Origin: Octopus vulgaris
Taxonomy: Eukaryota
Assembly (NCBI GenBank): GCA_951406725.2
Contig: OX597824.1
Coordinates: forward strand, 98,828,001-98,892,000
DNA length: 64,000 nt
Direction of reading: 5' to 3'
The number at the start of each line of letters is the position of its first letter. Position 1 is the stretch's first letter. This document shows, piece after piece, positions 40,506-54,213 of the stretch. The translations under genes were made by a program, and so were the position numbers. The notes under the pieces were generated by a model, which worked only from the letters and a program-made list of their open reading frames with translations, was not told the origin of the DNA and did no database searches.

Positions 40506-43500
40506 GTAAAGTTATCGAATACGTAAAAAATGACCTCCACTACAGAACGAATGCAATACGCTGCATTCGTCCTATTAACAAATAAATCTTCATTTTACAT
40601 AAAAGGCTGCTAAGATTAATTGAAATGAGTTAAACGTGGTATATTTTATACACATAGAACACCTGAAAGGTTTTGTCTGGAAGGTCGTTCATGATGTTTA
40701 TATTCTACGATATTTCTATATTTGCGGTTTCTTGGCTGAGAGTAAACAACTGGTCCTGGCTTTCGTTGGTCTGTCGTTTGATGTAGCACGAATCTCAGTA
40801 ATTGAGGAGACTAGGTGTAGATGAGTGCTTATGAGGGATCTACAAAGATGCAGTCAACAATGTTCTCAGTGATGAATTAAGGTAGAAATCCATCAAGTCT
40901 CGGCGTTCAGTTCTCTCCTGTTCATCATCGGACCACAGGACATGACAGAGGAGTTTAAGACCGGTTCTTTATGCGAACTCGCCTAGTTTAAGAGCTTTCG
41001 TTTCCCCATGAGCAATTTCTATTTTAATTCTACTATAGATTCAGCTATTAGAAGAGGTCATCAGCAAAGAGGAGACCCCACAGGCAACCAAGCTTAAACA
41101 CCTCTGTTATGGCCTGAATGACCATTATGAATGCAAATGGACTGAGAATTGAGTCCTAATGACTTCTGCTTCCACACTAAATTTGTTACCAACTCTCACG
41201 CCCCCCTCTGTACATGGCTTGTGTAGCTCTCATCAGCCATTTATCTATCCATAACTTCTGCAGTGACCACTATGTGAGGAACCCACTCAAAGGCTTTCTC
41301 CATATCAGCAAATACCAAGTACAGCAGTTTTATTTTGGGCTAAATACTTCTGGAGTTGCCTTTCTTGAAAGTTTCAGTGCTGCTTCCTCCCAGCTCAAAA
41401 CCGAACTGCATCTCATCTAGGTTGACTCTCTTCTCTAATTCAGCTTTGACCCATTCCAGCAGTTTGACATCTCTGTAATTTTCTCTTAGGCATCTCCCTT
41501 ATCTACGCCAGTCATTGGCTATGACCCCTTCCTGTACAACCTGATTAACTATACAGGTGACCAGGCTGTATCTCACTTTGCCGAACCTTTTAAGCATCTC
41601 ACTGGTCATTCCTGATGGACTAGGGGCCATGACTGTCGCTCATACTACTGTCCCCTGAATGGACAGAAATATATGATTTGATCCTGGTTGGGAAATCATT
41701 ATATTTCAAAACGAATTGATCACTAAATTCGCCATGGTTTGTTTGCATCCCTTTGTATGTTGCATACTGTGGTTCAGTCCAGTCAATACTTTGTCCAGCC
41801 ATCAAAACATTTATTTTAAATCATGCCAGCAGCGAAGGCAGACATTTGCTTCTCCACACCAAAACAACATCATTTTATGTTTTTGACATTTCAAAGTTCA
41901 ACTTGAATATACTTAACTTCTACTCCCCACCGCACCCCATTCATTCAGTGAATCACTAATTAATATCACTCTAATATAAGGCAGTGAGCTGGCAGAATCG
42001 TTAGCACACCGGGCAAAATGCTTGATGGTATTTTGTCTGTTTTTACGTTCCGAGTTCAAATTCTGATGTCAACTTTACCTTTCATCCTTTCAGGATTGAT
42101 AAAATAAATACCAGTTGAGTTCTGGGGTCAATGTAACTGACTTACCCGATGCCCCGAAATTGCTGGCCTTGTGCCAGAATTTGAAACCAATATTAATATA
42201 GGTTTCAAATTTTAGCACAAGGCCAGCATGTTGGGGGGTGGGAGATAAGACGATTACATTGACCCCAGTGATTAACTGGTACTTATTTCATTGACCCTTC
42301 TGAAAGAATGAAAGGCAAAGTTGACTTCAGCAGAATTTGAACCCAGAACGGGAAGTCGAACAAAATACCGCTGTTTTGCCTGGGGTGCTAACAATTCTGC
42401 CAGTTTGCCACCTTCAAACCAATATTAATATAATATAAACTAAAATATAGTTTTATGTTTCTGTGTTTATCTTCCAGAGATTTAGAGAGATTCATTGAAA
42501 GATATTTTACATCCTCCTTTTGTGCCTCATCAGTTGTTGTATTCTTTTCTAGAGTCACAATTATGAAAGATTCTAATCGCAAAAGCAAGGGTGTTGCTTT
42601 TGTCTTGTTTCTGGAACGTGAAAGTGCCCACAAGGCTGTGAAAGCCCTCAATAAAGTAGAAGTATGTCTCGTTTATTTTCATTTGTTTTCTATTTTGTAT
42701 TTCGAATATATTTTGTGTTTGTGTTTCATATGAACTCGTTGGTGCAGTTAAATTGAATGTGACCTATTTGTTCTCAATATTCAAAAGAACTTTTCCACAC
42801 GATATATTTTATGTAGCTTCATACGTAACCAGACCAGTAATGATGACAAATAAATTTGTATTACTTAAATGATAAATTAATGTTAAAATATAGAAAATTA
42901 CAGAAACATGTTACAATACATCCTACATTGAAATTTTGAAATCAGTGTTCAATATTTTCTTTAACAATTGATAAACTGATAATTTAGCCAAGGGGGATCT
43001 CTCCCATAATATTGAAGTTATCTCCCTTGGTATATATATATATATATATATAGGTACCGTCTTGTAGTTTTAAACAGTCTTTAATCTTCTATTTACTTCT
43101 ATTCTCAAGTCTAGTCATCTGAATAAATAATTCTCCTCTTCTTGTCCGCAATATCACTTTTTCTTCTGTCAGACTTTCCTTCAACGTTTTTGGAATTTGA
43201 ATGAAATGTTTGAAATTGTAATATTTTAAAAATTTATCAGAACGGAACAAAAAAAACTTGCTGAAGCTTTGTTTCTTTGTCAGATGTTTGGTCGCACCCT
43301 CTCTTGTAACATTGCTAAAGACAATGGACGCACACCAGAATTTATAAGAAGAAAGATTTACAAGGACAAAAGTCATTGCTATGAATGTGGGGTAGGTACT
43401 AGACATTTCTGAATTTTGTTGTTGTTATTGTTGCTCTCCCTCAAGTATATTCTGGCAGGCATCAATCCAACTGGAACATCCCTATGTCCACCAGTGATCC

Positions 43501-46500
43501 ACAACCTTTTTACATTTGCGCTACACTTGTATTCTTTTCAAAATTCAACAACACACCTCAACTAAAAATATAACTAAAAGTAGAGGGGAAAAAATTACAT
43601 TCACGTTACACACCACGATTCTCTCTCACACACTGTCTCGCAGCACGAAATACCTCAAGTGTTTGGTCTTCACAGCACAGAACATTGGCAAATTTTTACT
43701 TATCTGCTTCTCCCCTGGCTAAATAAACCTGTTTCATAGCTTCCCCTTTGACAGTCTAATACAATTCCCTGCTTCCACCATTCTTCCAGTCCTTCCAAGC
43801 CTGTTTCTTTTCCCTAATGGCCCTGTCAACAACATTGTTTGACTACCATGTTACCTTGGGTCAAGAGGGGACTTTGCACCATCCACAGATTTGGTCAGTG
43901 GCCCTCAGCAGGTTGTCCTGTCGAAACCTCCAGTTGTCTTCCACGTCATGTAATGCTATATCCCTTTCTATTTCGTCAAAAGCTTCGAGTAATACACCTC
44001 TAAATCTCTGTCTATTCAAAGGATCTTTAAGCTTCCAGACCCTTCTCCTCCATGCTGGTCGTCTTCTGGACATCCATTTAGCCTTGATCCTAAAGTTGTT
44101 AACTACTAGTCTACGTTGTGGGGTACATTCTTCACCTGGGAAGGTTTTGGCATTTATAAGCAACCATCTTTCTCTTTTCCTGGTGAGGATGTAGTCAATT
44201 TGACTAGTGTGTCTACCAGATTGGTAGATGACTAGGTGACTGGCAGGTTTCCTGAAGTTAGTATTGCAACCATAAGATCATTTGCATCACAGAACTCCAG
44301 CAACTTGGTTTCCTCCTCATTGCGGGAACCAGAACCATAGCCTCCATGGAAGGCCCCTGTATGTTGTCCAACATGTCCATTGAAATCACCAGCCACAAAG
44401 AGAAGGTTCTTGCCATTTATCAACGAGGTGGTCAGCAAGAGGGTGTCATAAAATCGGTCTTTCTGTCCATCAGGTAACCCCAGTTGAGGGGCATAGGCCG
44501 AAATAATCTAATCTTAAGTATTGCAAAAAGTGAGTGTGTTGCCAGCAAGTTTAGCTGTTATATCTAGCATGAATTGAGGGCTGAGTGGGAGTTGTTCATT
44601 TGATTTCTAATGTTTATTATTATCTTTGCGTGAGTTTTTGTTAACTGTGTTGACACACGTTTGTGTGTGTGTGTGTGTGTGTGTATAGCATTAGAAGTAT
44701 ACTGTCATGTAATTAAACATGTACACACACAGTCCGTCCATAAATATAGATTCATTTCTCTTTGCCAGGAAGAGGGTCACTTGAGTTACAAATGTCCAAA
44801 CAACCTCCTTGGTGACAGAGAACAACCTGCAAAGAAAAAACGAAAAAAATCTGATGATGAGTAAGTAAGGACTTTGTTCTTTGTTTCTTATAATTGCCAT
44901 CTTTCCTGAACGTTTATTGTCCCTCTTCGTCTGCCACAAACTCTGCTTCCACTTTTAACCTTTCACCAAACCTTTCTTCTATTAATAGTTTACAATGGTT
45001 TCATCATATGGAACCGTTTCCTATTCTTCTTCTCATTATCAACCACAGCCGTTTTCCATTCAGCGTCCTGTCTTCTCTCTTACTATTATTTTAGTCCTGG
45101 TTTTTAATTCTAGGCGTTGCTTTCAAATCTAGTATTTCTTCTAATTCTGCCACAGATTCAGCAATGAGAACTGGGTCAGAAGTCTATAGCAGTTCTCATG
45201 AACACAGTTGTCTTACAACTAAAATTATGATCTTGTGAATATAAACAGTTTTGAAATGGAAAATCTGGGCGAATTGAATTGAAATTTGTATCTGTAATTT
45301 AGAATAACAAGAAAAACCATAATGTTGTTATTGTTCATGAATGTAAAATATTGTTGTAAAAAGTAAGACAAATCAGTTTCAGATTTCAATGTTATTTTAT
45401 AATTTCCTCAGATCGGACAAGAAAAGTTTGGATGGTGACGAAGAGGATGAAAGTTTGTCAGCTGCAATTAATTACCAGGTAAAAATTTTGAATTAATTCC
45501 CAGCACTTATTGAGGGAGAGAAGACCAGTACTCATAGCCCTTTATTTACTAGGGGCCACTGAGTTTGATGAGGGGAGAGAGAGAGGGCGAGAGGAAGTCA
45601 TCCTAAAAAGGGAAACCTGACTTCAATATATACACCAGGATGGACCCTGCTAAAGGGGACCCCTCCCTGCAGTGCCTAGTGGTGTTGTTAAACAAGGTAA
45701 CAGATTAAAAACTGTCGCCCAAGACTTGAGAACACAAGGACCTGGAACAAATACCACAAGGTGTCTCATCCCTACGCTCTGAAAGGATGAAAAGCAAAAT
45801 CAACTTTAGTAGGATTTAAACTCTGTCAAAGATGGATGGGGGGGTGGCTGCAGGACTTGACTGGAGAAACTCCTTAAAACAGTTGATACATGTATGTTGT
45901 ATGTATATGTATATACATGATTGTGTATGTATAAGGGCATCCAGCTGTAGAAACTTTGCCAGATCAGATTGGAGCCTGATGCAGTCATCTGGTTTGCCAG
46001 CTCCTGTCAAACTGTCCAACCCATGCCAGCATGGAAAACAGACGTTAAACAATGATGATGATGATGCGTCTTATTGTCACCCTCGTGCTAGACAAATTGT
46101 CTTTTATGGCCAAGCTAAGCCATCTATTCCTGTGTACCTGTTATGTACTGGTGTCAGTACAACTATCTGTTCCCTCACTTTCCATCCTAACAAATCTGTG
46201 TCCTTGTTCCTTGTTATAAGTATTGTGTACCAGTTATGTACTGGATCCCTTCAAGGGATTGTTTCTTCGCCCCTGCCAATAAATCTCTCCTTGTACCTAT
46301 GTTAGAAATCATGAGAAGGTGGGACTAAGTGCCTTGTGGTATTTCTCTCAGCTCTTTACATTCTGGGTTTCAAATATGTCAAGGTTCACTTTGCTTTTTA
46401 TTCTCTCTGGGTCGATCTACATAAACACTAGTATGTATCAAATGTAATAGATAAAGTACCCAGCTCATAGTATATCAACCATATAACATTACACACACAC

Positions 46501-46501
46501 A

Positions 46502-46565
<64 letters not shown>

Positions 46566-46746
46566 ATATGGAAGTTTAAACGTCTCAAATTTGATTTTAT
46601 TGTTTCAGTACCAAATGATGGAGCAAGCTAAGAACATGCTGGATGGCAGCATGAACATCACAACATCGGAAAATACTCAAACCTCCAAAAAGAAATACAA
46701 AAAGGATTCTTATTTCAGTGACGAAGAGGAACTTGATGATGGTTGA
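40231..46746 (+). CDS. ZCRB1: Zinc finger CCHC-type and RNA-binding motif protein 1 (U11/U12 snRNP 31K), 6 exons, ~208 aa
   Basis: Join 40231-40343,42553-42661,43284-43391,44769-44860,45412-45478,46609-46746. [40 protein letters not shown]1, [15 protein letters not shown] zinc knuckle, C-terminal YFSDEEEL. Confidence 0.94.
40800..40990 (+). mobile_element. Highly degenerate RTE RT fragment in ZCRB1 intron 1
   Basis: Similar to the [20 protein letters not shown] coding segment of the intact copy. Confidence 0.55.
41480..41830 (-). mobile_element. Degenerate RTE fragment
   Basis: Similar to 61760-61880 (cagtcattgg, acctgattaactata, agcatctc). Confidence 0.5.
41980..42188 (+). mobile_element. 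Family-A SINE
   Basis: Full-length match to the 24585 copy. Confidence 0.82.
42201..42413 (-). mobile_element. Family-A SINE (inverted partner)
   Basis: Reverse complement of the adjacent copy. Confidence 0.82.
42553..42661 (+). CDS. ZCRB1: ZCRB1 exon 2
   Basis: [20 protein letters not shown]...ALNKVE|gtatgt. Confidence 0.92.
43284..43391 (+). CDS. ZCRB1: ZCRB1 exon 3
   Basis: [36 protein letters not shown]|gtaggt. Confidence 0.92.
43720..44510 (-). mobile_element. RTE LINE endonuclease-region fragment in ZCRB1 intron 3
   Basis: [12 protein letters not shown]...[17 protein letters not shown]-like segment, [10 protein letters not shown]; disrupted frames. Confidence 0.85.
44769..44860 (+). 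CDS. ZCRB1: ZCRB1 exon 4
   Basis: [30 protein letters not shown], phase-2 donor gtaagt. Confidence 0.9.
45412..45478 (+). CDS. ZCRB1: ZCRB1 exon 5
   Basis: [22 protein letters not shown]|gtaaaa. Confidence 0.85.
46609..46746 (+). CDS. ZCRB1: ZCRB1 exon 6 (terminal)
   Basis: YQMMEQAK...[19 protein letters not shown]-stop. Confidence 0.9.
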   Translation, partial: YQMMEQAKNMLDGSMNITTSENTQTSKKKYKKDSYFSDEEELDDG

Positions 46747-47075
46747 GATGGCAGATTCGCGCCAATGCTCCCCTTTACTCTTCCATACTCTCCCCACGTT
46801 CGTTTCTTCTTTCCAAGAATAACATTTCCATTTTGTGTCTGATTCTCTCGACAGAGTTCACTCATTGACTTGCTTTCATCTTCTTACCACAATAAGACAT
46901 TGGCAAACGAGTGGAGAAACTTGCTTAATGTTATTTGGTTTTCCATTGGATGTAATTTTACACCGATTTTGAGTTAAATAATCATTGTATATATTATTGG
47001 GTGTGTGTGTGTGAACGTTTCTTGATGCATGATTTGTGTGTGTGTGTGGTCCTTGAGAAAATATTTTGAAAGTTT

Positions 47076-47081
47076 AATAAA
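47076..47081 (+). terminator. Candidate polyadenylation signal of ZCRB1
   Basis: AATAAA ~330 nt after the stop, followed by a GT/T-rich tract (47095-47115). Confidence 0.55.
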
Positions 47082-48964
47082 AATTCAAAGGATTTATGTT
47101 GTTTGTTTTGTTTCATTCCAAACGGTTTTGCTCCTCATCCATTCCTCAAATATTGCTACTGTTCTTACAGGTCTCCAGCCTGGCCAAGAATTAGTGAGGA
47201 TGTTTGCTTCATAATTACAAGGTCCTGAGCTCAATGCCACCACATCACTACGTATCAGGTGTCTTCTGCCACAGCCTCAGCCAAATCTTTTGGATGATGG
47301 AAACTGTTTATCGATGGCTGAATCAAGGGAAGAATTAGCGTCAGTCATCTTGTTCAGGGTCTGTGAGAGGAGGAGGAATGGGGGACAGGTTATCCCTAGA
47401 CAGATCTAGCCTCAATACTAAAGGGCCAGACAGACATTTCTAAAAGACCAGATGGTGGGGCTAAATCTAAAAGTGGTAAGCAATTCTTCCAGAGAGCTTC
47501 TGCACAGTTCCTTCTTCCAAATTTCATTCATATAACATTGGTGGATAGAGGACGCTTGCCATAACTGGCAAACTGGAATTCAACCTGAACTCTTGAAGTT
47601 TAATTCACAACTGAAGATAAACTGTGTCAGTTGAAGATGAGCATTGTTAGACTGTGGTGTGAGAAGTACAGAGTCTACTGGAAGGTCAGGTTTGGATTGT
47701 GTTCAGAAGGGCAACAGTCCAACTTGTGCCAGCATGGAGGAAAACAATCATGACAATCATCATCATCATAGTGGTGGGAGGGGGGGTTATTTCTGTATAA
47801 TAGTTACACAAGAGTTAGGTAGGGGGGCTCCAAAAGGGGTCTCAGGGAGTAGCGTCCCTGCCTTCCTGAGCTAGTTTTCCACCACATTTCTTAAAAATCG
47901 TGGTAGAGGCCTTGGTTTTGGAACCACTCATGTCTAGAAACTGAGGTTGGGGGTAAGCAAGGGCATGATCCCCGTTGAAAATCCAGCTCCAAAAGAACCT
48001 TTTGATAGCAAAGGAGAATGGGCACCAGCCAGTCCAAAGGTCGGGGTGGGCTGTACCTGCCTACCTCGGTTGCTATGGCATTGAGGTAGATTCGGCCAAC
48101 CCTATTAATGGGGACAAAACCCAGATTTAAAAGACTGGATGATGATGACACACAGACACATATACCAATGTATCCCTATTTGTCTGTCTTTATTAAAGTA
48201 TTTTGGTCTCCATTGTAGGAGCCTGTATGGCTGCAGTATTTTAAGATGTCTGGATGTGTTTGTGTGTTGCAGCAACATCATAAACACAGGCGGAACAGCA
48301 GTATTTATTCGCTGGGGCCCCTTGGATATTTGGATGGGCATCGTGGGCAGTGCTGGCCTCGATGTCGAGACAGAGGAGTTCAGATGTGGGTCTTGCATGA
48401 ACTTTGAAAATTTAGTTGTGCAAGTGGAATTACTAGGGACGGGAGAGAGGGAGGACGGCTGAGTGTGTGAGGGGGGAGGGTAACATCTAGAATAACAGGG
48501 GAGGAGGGAAGTTGAACACTTGCCTTCAAATATAGCAAGGATTATTGGCTTAATGTACTGAAAACTGGTGGTGGTGGATAACAGAACACAGCCACAAGTG
48601 TTAGGGTGCCATCCTATAATTACATGAAGCTACAAGTGACAGTCTAAACCGTTAAATTTCACCTGTGTCTGCTGGTAATGAGTCTCATTAAAACATGGGT
48701 TGGGGAAAGCACTTGAGAAGCAGACACAGTGTGACATTAAAGGAATTGGGAGAAAGAGAAGGGGGGAAGAGGGGTTGGAGAGATAGAAGGGACGGGGGTG
48801 GGGAGGAGTGGAAATGTCTGAATCAGAAATGACTCAGGTGCCTTTTATTAGTGACCTTGACCAACACAGCCAGCAATTTAACAGTGATGCATACAAACAC
48901 ACGTGTGTGTGTGTGTACATATAGTTGTTTGTGGGTGTGTATGCATATATATATATATAAGCAC

Positions 48965-49325
48965 AAGCATAGCTATGTGGTTAGAAGCTTGCTTCCCTGC
49001 TCCCCAACCAAATGGTTTCAGGTTCAATCTTGCTGCAGGGTACCTTGGGCAAGTGTCTTCTAGATTCTATGCTGACTGAAGCTTTATGAGTGGATTTGAT
49101 AAATGGAAACTGTATGGAAGCCTATTTCATTTGTGTTTGTGTCTGTCTCCCTACTGCTTGACATCTGGTGTTGGTTTGTTTATGTCCCCATACCTTTGAG
49201 ATTCAGCAGAAGAGGATTAGTACCAGACTTTAAAAAAATAAGCACTAGAATCAGTTTTTTGTCTGAAATTCTTCAAGGTGTTGCCCCAGCATGGCCAGAG
49301 TCCAATGACTGAAGCAAATAAAAGA
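48965..49325 (+). mobile_element. Family-B SINE
   Basis: gtggttagaagcttgcttcc...ccttgggcaagtgtcttc...cagcatggccagagtccaatgactgaa. Confidence 0.72.
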
Positions 49326-49959
49326 TATGTTGAGGCAGTGAATGCCTGACACCTCATCATAGAAGGCTGAGTGTTTGAGGTATGTCCTAATGCCTGTCTC
49401 ACCTTCAGTGTTAGGGTTCCCAGCCATCCCTGACCCCTACTTTTTGGTATGCCTAGATTCTAATGAATCCTCTATATTATATATATATGTGTGTGTGTGT
49501 ATTAAAAGGTGAAAAGAAGAAACTGATTTGACACCTTTATCACGGATAGTGTTTAGATCTTTATCAACATCTGCTGCTGGTTTCAAACACTTTAAAAAGA
49601 GGATTTAGTCATGATGGAAAAGGAAAAATAAATTGAAATCTAATGAATTAAATAAATTTTCCCTGATATCAATTTTAGGAGTTCGTTTTTTTCCTTGCAA
49701 CCGTTACATTGTGCTGGTGTCTCATTTGCTTTTGACTTTTGCTGCAGCAAGAGTTGCAGTTAACAGCAGCAGCAGCAGCAGAAGGAATGTTGGTGGCTGC
49801 AGCAGACGCTTTGTCAGCCTAACTAATAATAGTAGTAGTAGTAGTAGTTGAAGTTATTTTTTTTTATTTTGAAGAATTACCCTTGTTTAAAATGGACCCC
49901 TAATCCTTCTGTCAGACAGACTACAATCAGGTTTTTGGGGGCGGGGTGGGGGGGGTACT

Positions 49960-51300
49960 GTTTACTCTGTTGCATAAAGTTTGATCTTTGTTAGTGTTTT
50001 CATTAATTTGGGTTGTCTTTTGCCCTTTCTGATGCTCTGGGTTTGGAGGATTTGGTTCCACCTGGGGTCCTTTTTCAGTAACACAGTGTTTTGGAATATG
50101 GTGTTGTCAGCCTCATTGTTTTGGGGGTTGCAGCTGGAAGTATAAGGCAGGATTGACAATTTCAATTTATTTCTTTGTTTTGTTTGCCTTAATCCCTGGA
50201 TTATTTATTTCTTTGTTTTGTTTGCCTTAATCCCTGGATGCTGAATATCTTGGTTTGCTGCAGGATAATGACTAATTCCTGTCAAGCAGAACATCTTTCC
50301 GTTCTTGCAGTCTTCTGTCCTAGATGTTTGGATTAGATACATTTGTGCAAATCTTTTTAGCTGGGTTTTTAGGGACTTTCATTCTGGTCTGCCCCTGCAG
50401 GCATAGATTAAAAGGAAGATATTGTGTGGCACCCATTGGTTCATTGTAAATGTCCATCTCCATTTCATTGTTGGTCTCTCTATATTCGGATGTTGTCTAG
50501 AAATGGGAGTTGGTTATGGCTATTTAATGAATTGTATATTTTTACTAATGCTGTTGAGGAGTGTTTCAAATACTTTTAATTTCTCTATATTTCCATTCCA
50601 CAGAAAGAAGTAATCATCGAGGCACCTTTTCCAATCTTCTTGTTTATATTTGAAGAAAGTGTTTCCTTTGCAATCTCTGGATAGTCAATAATTAGATTTG
50701 CAGAGAGGTAGGGGCTAATTTCATGCTCAATGCAGTCCTAGATTTTTGTCAAAGGATGTTGTCATTGTATATAAGGGTATTTACTCTCAAAAATAAATTT
50801 TAATCCTTTTATAAATTCTTTTTTTTTTATGTGTTGAGGAAGTTCACCTGAATGGCTAATTAAACAGGTGGAAAGGAAGCAATTGTAAATAAGTTTTGTG
50901 GAATGACAGTTGCAGCTTTGTTGAAATTACTTGGGTGGTTTCTGTCAAATTGGTTATATTTAGTTTTAGAACTCAATTGTTTGTTATTTTGGGGGTCCTT
51001 TCAATCCTGGGTGTTTCTAGGGAGACACCCAAATATGTGCCAATGAATTCATATCGTTGCTATTGTGTTAAACTGTCGTATGTCCAAATTTGGCCAAATG
51101 GAGTTTTTTTTTTCAATATTTATTTTTGCTTGCAGCAGCCGGTTCTTTTGGTCAAACTATCGTATCTCCAGCTGCTTCAGGTGCCAAGATATTAAAAACT
51201 GTCAAAGTGTAGAAGAACGGTTTTGCTATGGAATGGTGAACCTTTACATGGGTCCTGGGTACTTTTGGTACCAGCACGAAAGAGTATCTTGTTCTAAACA
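49960..51300 (-). mobile_element. Probable decayed Penelope-like RT remnant
   Basis: Minus-strand DIYNEPMGATQY (~50423-50458) resembles the PLE DIYRKPT..QY motif; heavily disrupted. Confidence 0.4.
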
Positions 51301-52409
51301 AGACCCTCGGGTCCTCCCAACCCTTTACACTTTGCCAAATGACTGCTCACTTGCCAGCCTCTCTATATTCAGAGTGATAGAGTGATGAGTGATGAGTGGT
51401 GGAACATAGAAGCATGAATGGTAGTGATGAGTGACGATGAGGTGTGATGAGTGATGGAAGTGCAGGTAAGGGGTAAGGGTAGTCAGTATTCTTAGACATG
51501 CTCTATATTGAAGGCAACATGATCTAGAAGATGGAGCTAATGACAAGGACCCAGGGTGTGTGACAGAAAAGGAGGGCAGGAAATGGAGGGGGGAGTGACA
51601 CACAGAGAGGGAGGAGGAAGGTGGAGTGTACAAGGTACAACTGGTCGATTGTAGTTTGTGAGGTGGGCCAGGCTGGAAGGTACATTGATGGTGGGGATAG
51701 CAAGAAGAACCGGCAATAGGTAGGTCCTGTACATCCCAAACCACCACACATGCGTGCGTGCACACACACACATGTATATAAAGACTGAACTTTGCTCAAT
51801 GTGCACTGATGTCCCAAAATAAACCATTCCAGGTAAAACAATACTAATTATTTGTTGCTTCAGGTGTAACAATAGCTACTTATTGCTTCTGATCACCATA
51901 GCAATAACATTTACATCACCCACTTTTGTTCTCCCCCCCCCTCCCCCTTCTATCTCTCTCTCATATCTTGACAGTGTTATAGTGCAGCTGTAGTATTGAC
52001 AAGTATAACAGGTTCTTGTACAATTCAATACAGCAACAACAGCTGCAGCGGTAGTAGTAGTAGTAGTAGTAGCAGCAGCAGTAGTAGTAGTAGTAGTAGT
52101 AGTTGATGAAGTGCAAAGGATGTTCTCCTTTTAAAGATAATGTGTGTGTGTGTTGTCTTGCCCCAAGTCAGTTCTCATCCAGCAAACCGATAATCAAAGA
52201 TATTTCTGTTGTAACCTTCTAATCTTTTATTCAGACAAAGTGTATCTAGGACACCATTATTCAATGAGTAATTTAAGGGAATTTTGGTCTCTATTTCATG
52301 CGGATCAAGCAACAAGAATGATAACTGCTTTCTTTCAAATGTACGTTAAGGTATTTTATGAGCCTTAAAAGGTAAACTCTTGGATTAACACAGAAAGGAA
52401 ACTATATAT

Positions 52410-54213
52410 CATCATCATCATCATTTAATGTCCATTGTCCATGCTAGCCTAGGCTGAACAGTTTGACCGGGCTGGAAGGCTGCGCCAGGATCCAGTCTGA
52501 TTTGGCATGGTTTTCTACAGCTGGATGCCCTTCCTAATGCCAACCACTCTGAGAGTGTAATGGGTGCTTTTACGTGCCATTTGCATGACACCAGGGTGCT
52601 TTCATGTGCCACCAGCATGGGTGCCAATTTGCGTGACACCAGTACCTACCACAACTGTGATTTTGCTCAGCTTGATGGGTCTTCTTCTCAGGCACAACAT
52701 AATGGCAAAGTTCTCAGTCATTGCCTCCGTGAGGCCCAATACTCAAAAGGAACTCAACCACTTTGCATCTGTGAAGCCCAATGCTTGGAAAGTGTTCTTT
52801 ATGTGCCACCAGCATGGATGCACTTGGCTTGACGGGTCTTCTCAAGCAGAGCATATTGTCAAAAGTCTCAGTCACCAGTCATTGCCTCTTTGAGGCTCAA
52901 AGTTCGAAGGTCATGCTTCACAACCTCGTCCCATGTCTTCCTGGGTCTACCTCTACCACAGGTTCCCTCCACAGTTAGAGATCAGCATTTCTTTAAACAG
53001 CTGTTCCCGTCCATACACATCACATGACCATACCAGCGCAGTCAACTCTCTTGCACACCACAACTGATTCCTCTTATGCTTAATTTTTCTCTCAAGATGT
53101 TTACACTCTGTTGAACATGCACACTGACATTGCACATCCAGTGAAGCATGCTGGCTTCATTTCTCTCAAGCCTTACACATGTCCTCGGCTGTCACAGCCC
53201 ATGTTTCACTGCCATGTAGCATAGCTGTTCACACACAGGCATCATACAATCTGCCTTTCACTCTGAGAGAGAGAGGCCCTTTATTGCCAGCAGGGATAGG
53301 AGCTCTCTGAACTTTGCCCAGCTTAATCTTATTCTCACAGCCACGCTCTTGGAGTATCCACCTCCCCTACTAACTTGGTCACCTAGATAACGAAAGCTAT
53401 CTACTACCTCCAGCTTGCTCCTCTTGCAGTTGATGGAGTCTATTTTCTGCACATTTTCAGCATTTATTGTACCTGTGCATCTTCCACATACAAAAGCTAG
53501 TTTCCTTGTTAACCTTCCTCTGATGTTGCTGCACTTTTTATGTGTCCAAAGCTTACACTGGGTGCATCTTATGGAGTTTCTACCGACACCTTTTCAACAG
53601 ACTGAGCAGGGCCATCTACCTGAAGGGATTTGTGATTTGTCTGCCTTCCTACTTACTATGACTTTGGTTTTTGCTAGGTTAACTCTAAGGCTCTTTGATT
53701 CTAGACCTTGCTTCCATACCTGGAACTTCTTCTCTAGTCTAGGTAGTGATTCAGCTATAAGAGCAAGGTCATCAGCATAGAGGAGCTCCTAGGGGAAGCC
53801 TATCTTGGATTCCTCTGTTATTGCCTGGAGGACTATGATGAACAAGAAGGGGCTGAGCACCGATCCTTGGTGAACCCTTGCTTGTACTCTGAATTCTTCA
53901 CTGTACTCATTGCCCACCCTCACCTTACTGGTAGCATCCCCATACAAGGCTTGTACAGCTCTCATCAACCACTCATCTATCCCTAGTTTCTGCATTGACC
54001 ACCAGATAAGGGATCCGGTGACCCTCTCAAAAGCTTTCTCCTAGTCAACAAAAGCCAAGTACTGAGGTATTTTTCCTGAAGTTACCTTACCAGATCTATA
54101 GCATCAGTGGTGCTTCTCCCTGGCACAAAACCAAACTGCATCTCATCTAGACTAACTCTCTCCCTAATTAGTTGGGCTGTGACCCTCTCTGTAACTTTCA
54201 TCACCTAATCCAA
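52410..54213 (-). mobile_element. Degenerate 5'-truncated RTE LINE (same family as 59913-62028)
   Basis: ORF fragments [22 protein letters not shown] and [17 protein letters not shown] cysteines, same 3' UTR and (GAT)n tail at (TA)n. Confidence 0.88.

Noticed and set aside
50165-50239. 38-bp tandem duplication
   Set aside because: Simple local slippage within a decayed element
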